A DNA stretch of 64,000 nucleotides from Eukaryota sp. TZLM1-RC (taxonomy: Eukaryota > Protista > Metamonada: BaSk clade): contig JAUPSS010000002.1 in assembly GCA_040285825.1 (NCBI GenBank), forward strand, positions 2,480,001 through 2,544,000. The letters are read 5' to 3'. Under the pieces are notes generated by a model, which worked only from the letters and a program-made list of their open reading frames with translations, was not told the DNA's origin and made no database searches. The translations under genes were made by a program, and so were the position numbers. Positions 37,295-48,314 of the stretch are shown piece after piece; positions within the stretch are counted from its first letter, which is position 1; every line of letters begins with the position of its first letter.

Positions 37295-38422
37295 AATATA
37301 AATCACCAATTAAAACCAATAATTAAAGCAGGTTGTTTTGCTGATGATGCCAGACATTCTTTGCTGTCTGGCTTACTGCTTCCCAGTAACTCTATTATTT
37401 GTTATAGGTTGCCAATTGTGTTCCACTCTGAAGGAAGATCAGTTGCACCTAATAACAGATGCTTTTTGTTGAGAAGATGGCTTTCCATGACTTTAAATTA
37501 GCAATTATTGTATTTTGCTTAATGTTTTGTACAAATTAAAAAGGATTATAGATATTGTTTTTAATATGGAATTTTTGTACACTTTAGCGAATGAGTATTT
37601 TTGATTATAAGAAATATTTGTATTCATTTTCTTCTTATTGATTTGTCGATCTTATCACTTATTAAGAAATATTCAATTAATATTGGTTGACTTTAATATT
37701 TAACTCATTTTGTCAATAAGTGAGAATTTTAAAAGAAGTGTTGTTTTTGCTGAAACCTGATCTTCAATTTTTCAATTTGAATGCTTTGCAACATTACATA
37801 ATACTCATATATACTAATAGGGCAAGCTTTTCTGTCTATTGTTTCTATTATTTATCATTCGTGGTACCGTGTGAGGTGTTCAACAATTCTAGCGTCTCAA
37901 ATTTTCGATTATCTGGTTCTAGCAATCGGACATATTAAGTTGTTCTTCCTTTGAAAAAAATTGAGTAGAAGCTCATCAAGTACAGATTTCTTTCAATAGT
38001 GTAAGAGTTTTGTTTTAATTAATGAAATTCGGTTCTAGAATGGTGACATTAAGTGATTGGGGAAAGTATTTATTCCATTGTTGTATGTCATTGTTTTGAA
38101 ATTTCTTTAATGTAATTGAAATTGAGCTCTCGCTAGTCATTAATAAATCTATTCAGTATGCAAAACTTTCAAAAAACTCAAATTGAGCGTTTCTATATCC
38201 ACCAATAGAAGCACAAGAAGCAAAAAGTGGTGCTTTAGTCCACAAAATGTTTTTTTAGAAAGCTCTTTTGGTAAAATAATCAAATGCAATGCTTTTCGAA
38301 CTGAGCAAGGGTGCTTCAATTGATTTATTCCAAAAAAAATTGAAGTATTGCGAATGAGATAACAAAACAGTCTATGCAAAAATGTACAAACTCAGAACAA
38401 CCATGCTTTAGAAAATGATGTT

Positions 38423-38587
38423 GTGAGTAAAAAACGCCCCTTCACGAGCACTGACCCAGCAATCTGTACGAAAACTGAACAGATCAGTATTTTGCCAGTA
38501 CTCAGGGCGTAACCACTGGAGGGAATCGAACCCTCGACTTGTAACAGTTGATGCCAAAGTCCTTCCGTTTAAGCTACAGACAGTGGT
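38423..38587 (-). ncRNA. tRNA-derived Pol III unit: tRNA-like head, long hairpin and T6 tract (SINE-like or unknown ncRNA)
   Basis: ACCACTG/CAGTGGT acceptor stem, A box TAGCTTAAACGG and B box GGTTCGATTCC in a GAGGG/CCCTC T arm, with a non-canonical anticodon arm. Followed by stems ACGCCC/GGGCGT, GAGTACTG/CAGTGCTC and ATCTGT/ACAGAT, then TTTTTT. Confidence 0.65.
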
Positions 38588-39365
38588 GTTATGTATTCTT
38601 CAAACTTGATTTGATCTTCACCTATTGTTCATTTATAAAAATCATTTTGTTATTTCACATTGTAAATGTTTTTGCAATCCCATCATAGACGAGTATCACG
38701 ACAACGACGTTCCTTTCTTACTGTGTTTATAGTGTTGGGTTAGACATGTATCACGAATTATTTCTCATTACTATGTCTACTCATCAAGTTAATGAGGAAA
38801 TTCTGAAATATCAAGTGTACTTTTAACAATTTTGAGCTCCATTATTGGGTTTGGTTTTATTTGAAGAACAGAGTTAGGAGTAGGAAGAAGAAGTGACATT
38901 GTAGGAGAGAACAGTCTACTTCCCAACCCAATAACTAGTTCAGTCATTGTTGATTCAAGTTCTAAGATAGATCATGTTATGTTTTTTCCTACAACTTTGA
39001 ACCTTGTGTGAAAATTGGAAGGGAAATTCAAGGAAGGGAATAGAACTCTTAAGTGAAATTTCAATTATAATATGTAATTCTATGACGTTTGGATAGTTGC
39101 TCGACTCAGCGGGTCGTAAGTCAATTGAGTACGGAGCTTTTACTTCATAAAAGAAGTTTGTCGCGGGGACTGTTTGTCTAAATGAAGCAAGCAGAAATAA
39201 ACACAATTAGTTTGTATTTGAAAAATCAATAAAAATTCAATCATTTTGTTTGAGCACAAAATACAATACCAAACCAAAAAAAAGCAAACTAACTACTTGA
39301 TAAAGACAAACCTATAATACAAAAGCAACTCAAAACAACAAAGAAAACCAAAAAAAAACCAAATA

Positions 39366-40007
39366 CTATTGGGGATATTCTACACCATTAATCTTGGCTA
39401 AATACCTTTCGTGTTCCCTTATCTCTTTCTTTAACTGTACTTGGGCTACCTTATCTTGAAGTTGATTAGTCCTGTGTAATATGTCGGCATAAACATTATC
39501 AAAAGTTAGTTCAAAGGCCCTTGACTTGTTTTCTTTAATAAAATTCCGTTGACATTTCTTTCTAGCTTCTAATTTAGCTCTATTTCGTTCATTAGAAAAT
39601 TCCTCCACATATTGCAAAAAAGAAGCTTGGGCTGCTGCATCTTCTTTCAGTGTAGCAATGTGTCGAGATATTTGCTGGGTTAGGTTTTTTGACTGGTTTT
39701 CTGTGTTAGCTCCAGGAAGGGAATTGAGAATCGAATAAGAATCTTTACTTGATAAATTAGGATGGTTTGAATCTTTGGAAGGGTAGAGGCGTCGCAGAAG
39801 TGAGGACTGACGAACTAGTTTAGGTTGTTGCTTCTGTTTTGGTGAAGATGGTTGTGGTTCAACTGGAACATGTTTGGATCGTTGTTTTGGTTTGGCTTGT
39901 ACAGGTTGAGACTTGAATTGATTGGATGTTGTAAGTCTTTTCTGAAAAGTGCTGAGGAGATGCTCAGCTTGAGATAGAACAGGTTCTTCCGGTTCTGGTG
40001 AGGTCAT
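39366..40007 (-). CDS. Hypothetical protein with a low-complexity N-terminus and coiled-coil C-terminus
   Basis: 213-aa ATG-initiated ORF. Confidence 0.65.
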   Translation of the reverse strand: MTSPEPEEPVLSQAEHLLSTFQKRLTTSNQFKSQPVQAKPKQRSKHVPVEPQPSSPKQKQQPKLVRQSSLLRRLYPSKDSNHPNLSSKDSYSILNSLPGANTENQSKNLTQQISRHIATLKEDAAAQASFLQYVEEFSNERNRAKLEARKKCQRNFIKENKSRAFELTFDNVYADILHRTNQLQDKVAQVQLKKEIREHERYLAKINGVEYPQ

Positions 40008-40049
40008 TGTTACAGATATTGACTACAATAATGGGAGGAGTATCCTTTC

Positions 40050-40215
40050 TGTGGTTTTCATTTGAAATGCATACTTTCGTCAAGCATCATTCAAACTTAA
40101 TCCAAGAACTTTCATTCTTGGTGAGATCGTCCACAGATGTTCTAGAATCCTCGAATAATTGGCCACCAATCTCAGTGAGCCCATTTCTCCTCTAAAACAA
40201 TACGTAGCTTTGAAG
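40050..40215 (-). ncRNA. Putative omega-RNA scaffold of Fanzor family 2
   Basis: 166 nt after the Fanzor stop, with 7 substitutions against 63822-63987. Several hairpins including a GAAA tetraloop; sharp divergence after GAAAACCACA. Confidence 0.8.
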
Positions 40216-42045
40216 CTAGTTTCTTTGTGGTCTCTGGAACGCTTCTGGTCTTGTTCCATAGTAGTGTTCACTAATTGCAATTTCTAGCTGATTTAGTGAT
40301 GCATAAATGTCTCTAGACCATACTTGATTACATTCCGGACAACTGAAATAGGCGTTGTGAACTTTAACTTCACCATCAACTTCTCTATAGATCTTTTGGT
40401 GTAGCATCTTGCAGCAGTTCACCTTTGCAGATGTCATATATTCATCTCCGATCTTCACATTAGCAAATGAACATTGTAACAACTTGAGAAATGCCTTACG
40501 TGGAGTTTTCACTTTTTGACGTGATGTACCACCACCTCCATTGCCAAACCACACCTTTACTTCTCGACCGTTTGCAAATTTTTTCACTTTGTTGATAATG
40601 GAGCTGAATCTTTTCTGTTTTCTTATAAAGAAGTCAAATGTGTTTCTCCTCAATGCTTTTCGAGCACTCAGATATAATTGCTGCTTTAGCAATGATCGTC
40701 TTACGTTATTACCTTCATAGTCCTTATAGTCACCGATAGTTGATATTTCAAGCAGATAATGGTTCAATTTCTGCACGTCATAAACATCTATTGATGAGTG
40801 GGTCAGTGAAGCGGAGTGATTGATTTTTCGTTGCTTTGGTGCCAAGAAGATATTGGATACGGTCGGCCCTGAACATGTTCCAATACTGGAACCACATAGA
40901 TTTGAGTGGTTAGGGTCGATGGCCCAGAACACCATTTCCGTTTGGTCATCAGGTGCCTGCCACTCAGTAGCTTTTGGTTTCTGCCGAGGTCTTGGCCGTT
41001 CAACCTTGGCTTGCAAGGTATGTTTTCTATTCCGAGTGGTTTCGTAGTAGTCAAGTTCCCCTCTGGATCTCTTATTATTCAAGGCTTCTCCGGACAATCT
41101 CACTCGTGTTGCTTTGGGGTGCGGTCTGAAAGTCATACGGACACTATCACCATTAGAAGACATGGTGTAGTCATTAGCTTTTGTTTTAAAAAATAAATAA
41201 GGGTTTTTCAAAATTGTTTGTGATGTGTTTTTGGAGATAAAATGGTTGAGAACCCATGTGGAAAAGGGGACAAAAGCAGGCTTCAAACTAGCGATGGGAG
41301 TGAGTCTATGTCGTCTAAAGGTATATGGAAAGGCTTGCTCCAGGTAGTTTTGGATTGTTAAGCCGCAACGAAAGATGTAGGTACTCTTCTCTTGATTAAG
41401 AGTCACTCTTCGAGAAGAAAGAAGAGTGTTGTACCTTTGAGGATCACCAACCAAAAAGTTAAACAGAGTAAGAGCCATGGTATGGTGAGTGTTGAACCAA
41501 GAAAGAAGAGGTTCACGAAAGTTCGTGCTGTTGTGAAGAACAGAACCAGCATAAGTGGCTGGTGCAGGGCAGTTATAACCTACCGCATACGAGCGGAAGA
41601 AGTTAAGCTTCCACGACACAAGTCCATCAGCAAGAAGCTGCTGGTAGTTGCCTTGCAGCTGGCGGCACTTTGCATCCACTAGTTGTTGTAGAGGCCTACT
41701 AGTGGGTAGTGCATGATTACGACCTGTTCTTGACAAGAACAAGACAGCAAACGGCCATGATGTAGAGATTCGCTCGAGCTTCTCATACACATGGCCTTTG
41801 CCAGGTCTGTTAAATGGATGTCTGACTTTTGGCTTAGAGACCGCCACAAAGTCAAGACACTGGATCCAGAATTGATGCTGAGTCAGGAAATGACTGTGTT
41901 CAGGGAAGCGCACAGCAAAAACTCTGGCCAGCAAACTGCCGAGGTGAGCCATGGTGGTCACCTTGGTCAGCTGTCCATCAATGTAATCACACACTGGCCG
42001 CTCAAAGAACTGATAAAGGGAGCAGGCACGTGCCCATGACTGCAT
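40216..42045 (-). CDS. Fanzor RNA-guided endonuclease, family 2, apparently intact (~609 aa from ATG 42045; frame open to 42294)
   Basis: RuvC-I WAIDPNHSN; VWFGNG...PRK; RuvC-II GDEYMTS; CC...CPEC zinc finger; RuvC-III WSRDIYASLN; terminal RPEAF. Confidence 0.9.
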   Translation of the reverse strand: MQSWARACSLYQFFERPVCDYIDGQLTKVTTMAHLGSLLARVFAVRFPEHSHFLTQHQFWIQCLDFVAVSKPKVRHPFNRPGKGHVYEKLERISTSWPFAVLFLSRTGRNHALPTSRPLQQLVDAKCRQLQGNYQQLLADGLVSWKLNFFRSYAVGYNCPAPATYAGSVLHNSTNFREPLLSWFNTHHTMALTLFNFLVGDPQRYNTLLSSRRVTLNQEKSTYIFRCGLTIQNYLEQAFPYTFRRHRLTPIASLKPAFVPFSTWVLNHFISKNTSQTILKNPYLFFKTKANDYTMSSNGDSVRMTFRPHPKATRVRLSGEALNNKRSRGELDYYETTRNRKHTLQAKVERPRPRQKPKATEWQAPDDQTEMVFWAIDPNHSNLCGSSIGTCSGPTVSNIFLAPKQRKINHSASLTHSSIDVYDVQKLNHYLLEISTIGDYKDYEGNNVRRSLLKQQLYLSARKALRRNTFDFFIRKQKRFSSIINKVKKFANGREVKVWFGNGGGGTSRQKVKTPRKAFLKLLQCSFANVKIGDEYMTSAKVNCCKMLHQKIYREVDGEVKVHNAYFSCPECNQVWSRDIYASLNQLEIAISEHYYGTRPEAFQRPQRN

Positions 42046-43369
42046 AGTCCTTACTGAAAACGGAAGGTGCAGACAATCAAAAATGATTGATTTCTCAGTT
42101 TCAGTTACTTTTAAAATTTGGTGTATTTTCAACTCCTTACATCCACAAAACAATGAAACATGCACAAACTGATAAATAGACACATTTATAATAGATACTG
42201 GACATGCTTTAAGCATTTTCTTTCCTAAAAATAGTAAACTGATGCGAAATTTGACGAAATTGTTGTTAGTCAAAGCAGTTGTTCGTTTAATCAAGGGTGT
42301 TTGTAGATTCGAAAGATTGTAGATTGTCCTTTATTCAATACAAACACGTTACCAAGGGAAGTCACAACACCCGTTTCTTTCTTCCCATTTCTTTCCTTCT
42401 TTGACGAAGAACCTTTTGCTCCTCGTTCAACTATATCTGAATTCGCCATGGATCTTTGTGGAACTGTTGGCTTTTCTATTATAGCGATTATAGGTTTCGT
42501 TTAGTGCGCTCACACATTGACTATAAAACATATAAAATAGACTAACAAAAGACAGTCTGTAGAGGCATTACTGGCTATTCTTGAGTCTAAACTCGAGTCT
42601 ATTGCAGATCGTCCATCCCAAGCTGTGCCAACAACTTCTGCTGTGTCACCCCTTTCAGCTGCACTTCTTGTCTTGAAACTAGACATCTGAATACTTATTA
42701 TTACCTTGTCTCTCTACTTCGCCCTCTTCACCCTCTTTCTACTCATCTTTCTTCCATAGAAGATGTTCCTCCTGTCTTCACTTGTATTACCATCAGTTAT
42801 CAATATACACCCTTACACCTCTGGTATCGTTTGTTCACTCTCTACGAATCAACTCACTCCAATCTTAATCTACTCCAGTCTAACCTACTGCTAATATACA
42901 TGAACTTCTAAAGTCTAATGAGCAGAAGATTTTTGAACTTAATGAACTCCAATTGAAACTGAATTGAAGACACTTGTAATGTTAGTCAACATGGCTTCCT
43001 TGCAGAGATTGATTTTGACCAATTTCATATTAATGTAGTGTGATACGATGATAAGTCTGAAGACATCCACGCTGCTATGAGTGAAACATATCCCCTTGAA
43101 TTCAGGTTCGGACTCTTGAGAAAGCAGATTTTCTGGTTAATAACCTATTTCTGAACCTTCACTGTTTTGAATGTGCGTGGTTGATAATAATTTGTGTAAA
43201 TACTAGTGAATAATATTTATATAATAATATATATAATAATATAAAATATTAGTGACGGTAGTATTATAGGTGATTTAAATCGTAACTAAAAGTGCTAATA
43301 CTTACCACATAACTAATAGTTCCCAAATAAAATATTATCGATTCATGTTTTATTATAGTGTTCGTTCAA

Positions 43370-43640
43370 GTGTTGGTAAAAAGAATAGTGTTGGTGAAAG
43401 AAGTGGTGTGGTGAAAGAGGATTTTATAATTAAGGTGAAGATTGAGGAAGATTTACCTGTTCAATAAAATAGAATCTAATACTCCTCTTTTAAAATTAAC
43501 ACAGTAATGTTGTTAATTCTAGGATCTGACTGGTACATACCATAATGCTGAAATTTGAAATGTAAGACTCATATAAGACAAAAGGTAGTTAATTGAGTTG
43601 GTGAAAGAAACAGTTGGTGAAAGAAAAAATTTCACCAATA
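43370..43640. repeat. Dispersed short repeats TGGT(G/A)AAA(G/A)A, possibly transposon subterminal repeats
   Basis: About five direct copies plus one partial inverted copy (tttcaccaa). Confidence 0.4.
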
Positions 43641-43689
43641 TGCAACCAAAGTGAGAACCACAGTTGAATTCTTAACAAATCTCCTTTTT

Positions 43690-44180
43690 TTAAGAAAAGA
43701 GATTTTTGATAAAAGAAGGGTAGATTTAGTAGCTCCAGGGCTCGCTGGTGTTCTCAATGTTATGGATGTTGTCTCAGTCGATGTCTGCAAAAATTCTGCT
43801 GCTGATTTGGTGTATTCTGCTGAATTGCCACTATCCAACGCCGAAAAAACGAAAAAAAAAATATGAAGAACCATTGGCGCATTTAGGTAGATTCGATTAT
43901 GGGAAATATCAGTTTGTGCCGTTTGCTATTTCTCTTTTTGGCAATATTGGGCATTCAGGATTGCACTGTTTGGAAAATTTTAAGTCAGCATTGCCAAACA
44001 GATCTTGTAAAAATTGAATTCTTCTTTCTGGTTAAATACAATTGTTTTTTGCATTTTTAAGTCTATTCCAACAATGATTTCTAAAGCTCTTTTAGCTATT
44101 GGTGTAGAATGAACGAAATGCTGTGAGTAGGTTTAGTCATAGTGATGTTTGTTTGGAGGATATAGAATATTAGATAGAAT
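43690..44180 (+). mobile_element. Non-LTR RLE 3' fragment, family D
   Basis: KRRVDL..MDVVSVDVC..AEK.K..Y; matches 60870-61340. Confidence 0.85.
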
Positions 44181-44393
44181 ATTCGATCAATAAAAATATG
44201 GTTAATAAAGAAGTTTTGAAGAGTATTGACTCTTAATCCTCGATTTACTGTTTTTTCGCCAGCAATAAGTGTTTCAATCAAATTGAGAATAATAATAAAA
44301 TATAAAATAACAATAATAATTATAATAAAAATATAATTAATATAATTTTTTTGATTAAAAAAATAAGTGTTTATAAATAAGAGTAAAGGAAAC

Positions 44394-44585
44394 TTACTCA
44401 CGCCTACCACTATCCCTGCTCATTGACTCTATCTGTTGTGTCAATGACATTACTTTAGACTCAAGTTGATCGATCTTTTCCTCCAGTTGTGCAATTCGAG
44501 ACTCAGAACCTCCTTCTCCCATGAGAAACAAGATCTCTCCAATTCCTTCTGAGGAATCGTCTGGCTCATTTGAGTTCGGTTCCAT
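44394..44585 (-). CDS. Small coiled-coil protein
   Basis: ATG start and heptad RIAQLEEKIDQLESKV. The ORF is short and might be spliced. Confidence 0.4.
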   Translation of the reverse strand: MEPNSNEPDDSSEGIGEILFLMGEGGSESRIAQLEEKIDQLESKVMSLTQQIESMSRDSGRRE

Positions 44586-44694
44586 GACAGATGACAGGTT
44601 AAGTTATGTAACTAAATCTGCGAAAGATGTCCTCACTTAAGATATCCTAGGTCGGCATCAGTTTGAATTACAATTTGGATACGAAGATCTCTTA

Positions 44695-45195
44695 ATGCCT
44701 CGACACTCTGTTTCTGAAGCTCACCAAGACAAACTCCGTAACAAGCATAAGCAGCGTACTGTTGTTCTTTTTTGCCAAGAAGGTACTCATTCCCCTTTAC
44801 AATTCGCCCAGGATATGGGTAAGACACTGGGGTGTCCGGTATTCGAAATGCACAGATTTGACACTGGCCAACTGCACGATTTGTACAATGTGATTCTCAT
44901 TACTGACGGATTGCAACATAATCCAACCAAGGATTCTACTGAACTTTTCAATTACTTGCATCGAGAACGTCCTGACTTGAAGCATATCAACTATTCCGTA
45001 TTCTCAACTGGTAATCATAACAGAATTGGTTCTAATGTTTTAGCCAAAAGATTTGATGAGAAATTCAGTCGATGTGGAGCAAGAAAGCAGTTTTGCACAT
45101 TTGGAGATTCCCAGCAAGGAGATCTGGGACAGCAGTATGAAGAGTTTAGAGAAAGGATTGCGGCTTCTTTAAAAGAAGGACGAGAAGTGGAATAG
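44695..45195 (+). CDS. Divergent flavodoxin-like domain protein (CPR/MioC-type fold)
   Basis: VVLF..EG....FA, VILIT.G...P, DL..INYSVFSTGN and AKRFDEKF..CGA; the FMN loops are degenerate. Confidence 0.7.
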   Translation: MPRHSVSEAHQDKLRNKHKQRTVVLFCQEGTHSPLQFAQDMGKTLGCPVFEMHRFDTGQLHDLYNVILITDGLQHNPTKDSTELFNYLHRERPDLKHINYSVFSTGNHNRIGSNVLAKRFDEKFSRCGARKQFCTFGDSQQGDLGQQYEEFRERIAASLKEGREVE

Positions 45196-46469
45196 TTTGG
45201 AATAAAAACTGAGGTTTTCACTTCTATCACATAATAAAAAAAATTTAGACCTCTCATAAACTGTCCCTATTATATCTTTTCCTTTCGACTTTGATGCCAC
45301 ATTCAACAGTACTTCTACTCCTGCCCAGTCTTTCATATTTTTGGATCGTGAATCTGGTGAAGATTCTACACCTGCTTCATCTCGTTCATTGAACGATCAG
45401 TCTTTTCCTGACACCGTCTTTTGCAAAAGTTCTGTACTGCAGATCTTTGGCCGATAAGGCCATGTAATTTACACTGACCAATATAAAAATCTACTGTTAG
45501 TGAAATTTTTTCTTTGTAAAACTACAACGCTAGTTCGTCTTCTATATCTAAACGGAACGCTTCAATCTCCTCAATCTCCTGAAATATACTTTCTCTGTTC
45601 TCAAACTGCTTTTGTTTATCTTCAACGAGGTTCTCTGCCATGTTTCCTTCTACATTTTCAAAATACTCTACAACTTTGATCCAGCTCTGCTGCTTTTCCA
45701 TTTAAACAAGAGTCAATGTTTTAGACTCTACTTTTTTTGATTTCAGTGTGAAGTAGTGCAATATAAAACGTCGATTTGACTTGTGGAAAAGAGAGAGAAT
45801 ACCAATTTCAATTTTTACAAACAAAAAAAATTGAGAGGTAGATGCTTCATCAAGCTTCAAAAACACCTACATTCAATTTTCAAGTGTTTGGAATAAAATT
45901 ATGAATTAAACAAATTGCCCGATTTTGAGACTTCGGCCATAATAGTGGTGGTCATTTTTTTACATTGGCCAAAGATTTGCTGTGTCAAACATTTGCAACA
46001 GACCGTAAATTTATATCTCTATTGGTAATTTTGATTAGAATTATCCAAGTTGAGGACCATTGTACGTCGTGCAGCCTGAAGCAAGCTACAATATTTTTCA
46101 TTTTTCATGCACATCTTATGCCAAGACTAATAAGGAAGTGCTTGTTTTTATTTGTTTGGTTCTCCAAATCATGAAGTTGCAGAATAAACAAAACATTCTA
46201 TGATTTCTGTTAAGTTGTTTTTTCTAATTTTGGCATTTAATCAACAATAGCAGATAAAATTGCGTTTTTTTCAAAAACCATTGTATAACACTGAAAATAG
46301 CCCAAACATTTGCCTGACAGTAACTGTATTTTAAAGTTGTTCCTTAGTGGTTGATCGTTTGTTCTCTGAAATAGAATTCAATAAACGTGTACGCTTCGAT
46401 TTATCCTCAAAATGCTGAAGGCGGAATTTATGGTGAAACATCGTTCAGCAGATAAAGAAAAACTTTTCA

Positions 46470-47890
46470 AATATTAAACTAAAAATTTGTTATTCTCGAA
46501 AATTCACTCTTATTTTAAGGTCAACTCCCCCTCAGTATCTCTCAATTTTTGCAGATCTTTCAACAAACGTCGGTCAAATTTTCTTCTTTGTAAGCTAATG
46601 AATCTTTGATACGAAGTTTTTTATTATGTTCTGCTAATTTGGGTGGAATCGGCTTTACCAAATCTTCTCTTTTGTGTAAAGCAGCATTTTTAGAAGGTGG
46701 TAAAAATCTGGTTTTTTGAATTTTTCCAAAGGTTCCCTTTTGATGTTCATCTGATCAATGGTGAAGCAAATTTTCACCTAAATCAACTTCAATTTGAATT
46801 AGATCATTTGCCTGGTGATATCTGGATTCAGTGTTTTCCTCAGAATGTTCAGGAAATTCCCAACCGATCACTCCCAAATTTACCTTTTTGCCTGGAAAAG
46901 CTTCAGCTCCATCTGGTTAAATTATGAAAAGGTTCGATTATGAAATCAGACTTGGCTTGGCCAAAAGTGAAAATCCCACTTTCGGAAATTTTTTGATGGA
47001 CATTCGTAATAGTTCTGTTGCTGCTTTAGTTATTTAAATTTCATCTTTATGGATTTTTTTAAAAAAACAGTGAATGTTCTGTGAACATGTGTTTTCGTTG
47101 TTTTTTATGGCCAAACAATTTGTCCAATCATTTAACTTGTAAATGTGGTAATTGTTTACTCATCTTTTGAACTGTAAACATTTTATTACATTTAGAAGTA
47201 AAGTACATAATACTGTTAGGGACCAAATTTATGTAATGTGCAAATCTTATCGACTAGGTTCCTTTTTAGAGCCTTTGCTATCATATTAATTCTTGATGAC
47301 CCCAATATTGATACTGCGCGCTACACCAGAGCTTCTATGGGTCTGAGAAGAGGTGATTTGGTTGTTCCCGGCTTAAATGGTAGTTTTAATATTTTAGATG
47401 CCATGTCCATAGGCCCTTGTAATTCTTCTAACGAACATTTCATTTATTCTGATGTCAATACCCCTCTTCTTGCTGGCGTTAAATACAAAATTGCTAAATA
47501 TGCGAAACCCATTTCTTCTGTCAATGAAAATTCTCATGTCCAATAAAATTTAAGTCCTTTTGTTTTTTTTTCCTTGCTCGGAGCTTTAGGTAAGGCTGCT
47601 TTGACTTTCCTTGGGGATTTTATTGTAGTTGTAAAGGAAAGATCTGGAAAAATTTTCAATCGTGTTTACTGGCAAAACAGGATTGTATTTTCTATATTTA
47701 AGGGAATGGTGAAATTAATTTCTAATTCACTTTCTTCTTTTGGAAAATTTTCTGAATCTTTACTAAATGACTGTTTCGTTGTAGGGGAGGCAGGTTTGGA
47801 GGATGTGGAGTTTTAGCTGTGTATTTGATGTTTTTTATCTATTTTTTATTTTTTTATTTGATAAATAAATATATTGAATAAATAAATACA
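46470..47890 (+). mobile_element. Non-LTR family C fragment (post-RT region and RLE)
   Basis: LGGIG, CKCG..HLLNCKH, RRGDL and LDAMS; AATAAA tail. Confidence 0.85.
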
Positions 47891-48314
47891 AATCACTGAA
47901 AACAACAACAAAAAAACTGCAAGCAGATAAAGACTATGAAACTGAAGAAAAAACAAAAATCATAAATTCCAATTACACTGAATTTGAAACAGGTAATTAA
48001 TATAATATGTTAGATAATCAATCAATCTATAAAGGACATGAAAAAAGAAAATAATAATGACAACAGCACATCACTAATGTGAAGACAATAGAAAAATCTG
48101 CACGAATGAATTATAGAAACCATTATGAACAGTGAAAAGTTTTGATCAGTTTTTGAGAAGTCTATCTCGAGTAACAACAGAAGTGCACTGTTTGAGTTGT
48201 TAAATAGTGTACCTTTTTTGGTTTTCAAATCAAATTTTGATGTATTATTCATCTCTTTCACTTGCTCGTTGATTCTAGGAATCAAATCTACATTTCTCTC
48301 TACAGTGTTCGTTG

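Noticed and set aside
38511-38587. Functional tRNA gene
   Set aside because: There are extra bases after the acceptor stem and no canonical anticodon arm, so no isotype could be assigned.
42046-42449. Longer Fanzor N-terminus (TTG at 42294, or a frameshifted ATG at 42449)
   Set aside because: The homolog at 56407 aligns only from about ATG 42045, and the upstream sequence differs in composition. The extension is not supported.
42520-42720. Apparent 26-nt GT-AG introns and a TAG-as-Gln reading on the minus strand
   Set aside because: Splicing gave no convincing ORF, host genes use TAA/TAG as stops, and the pattern is better explained as antisense of decayed + strand sequence.
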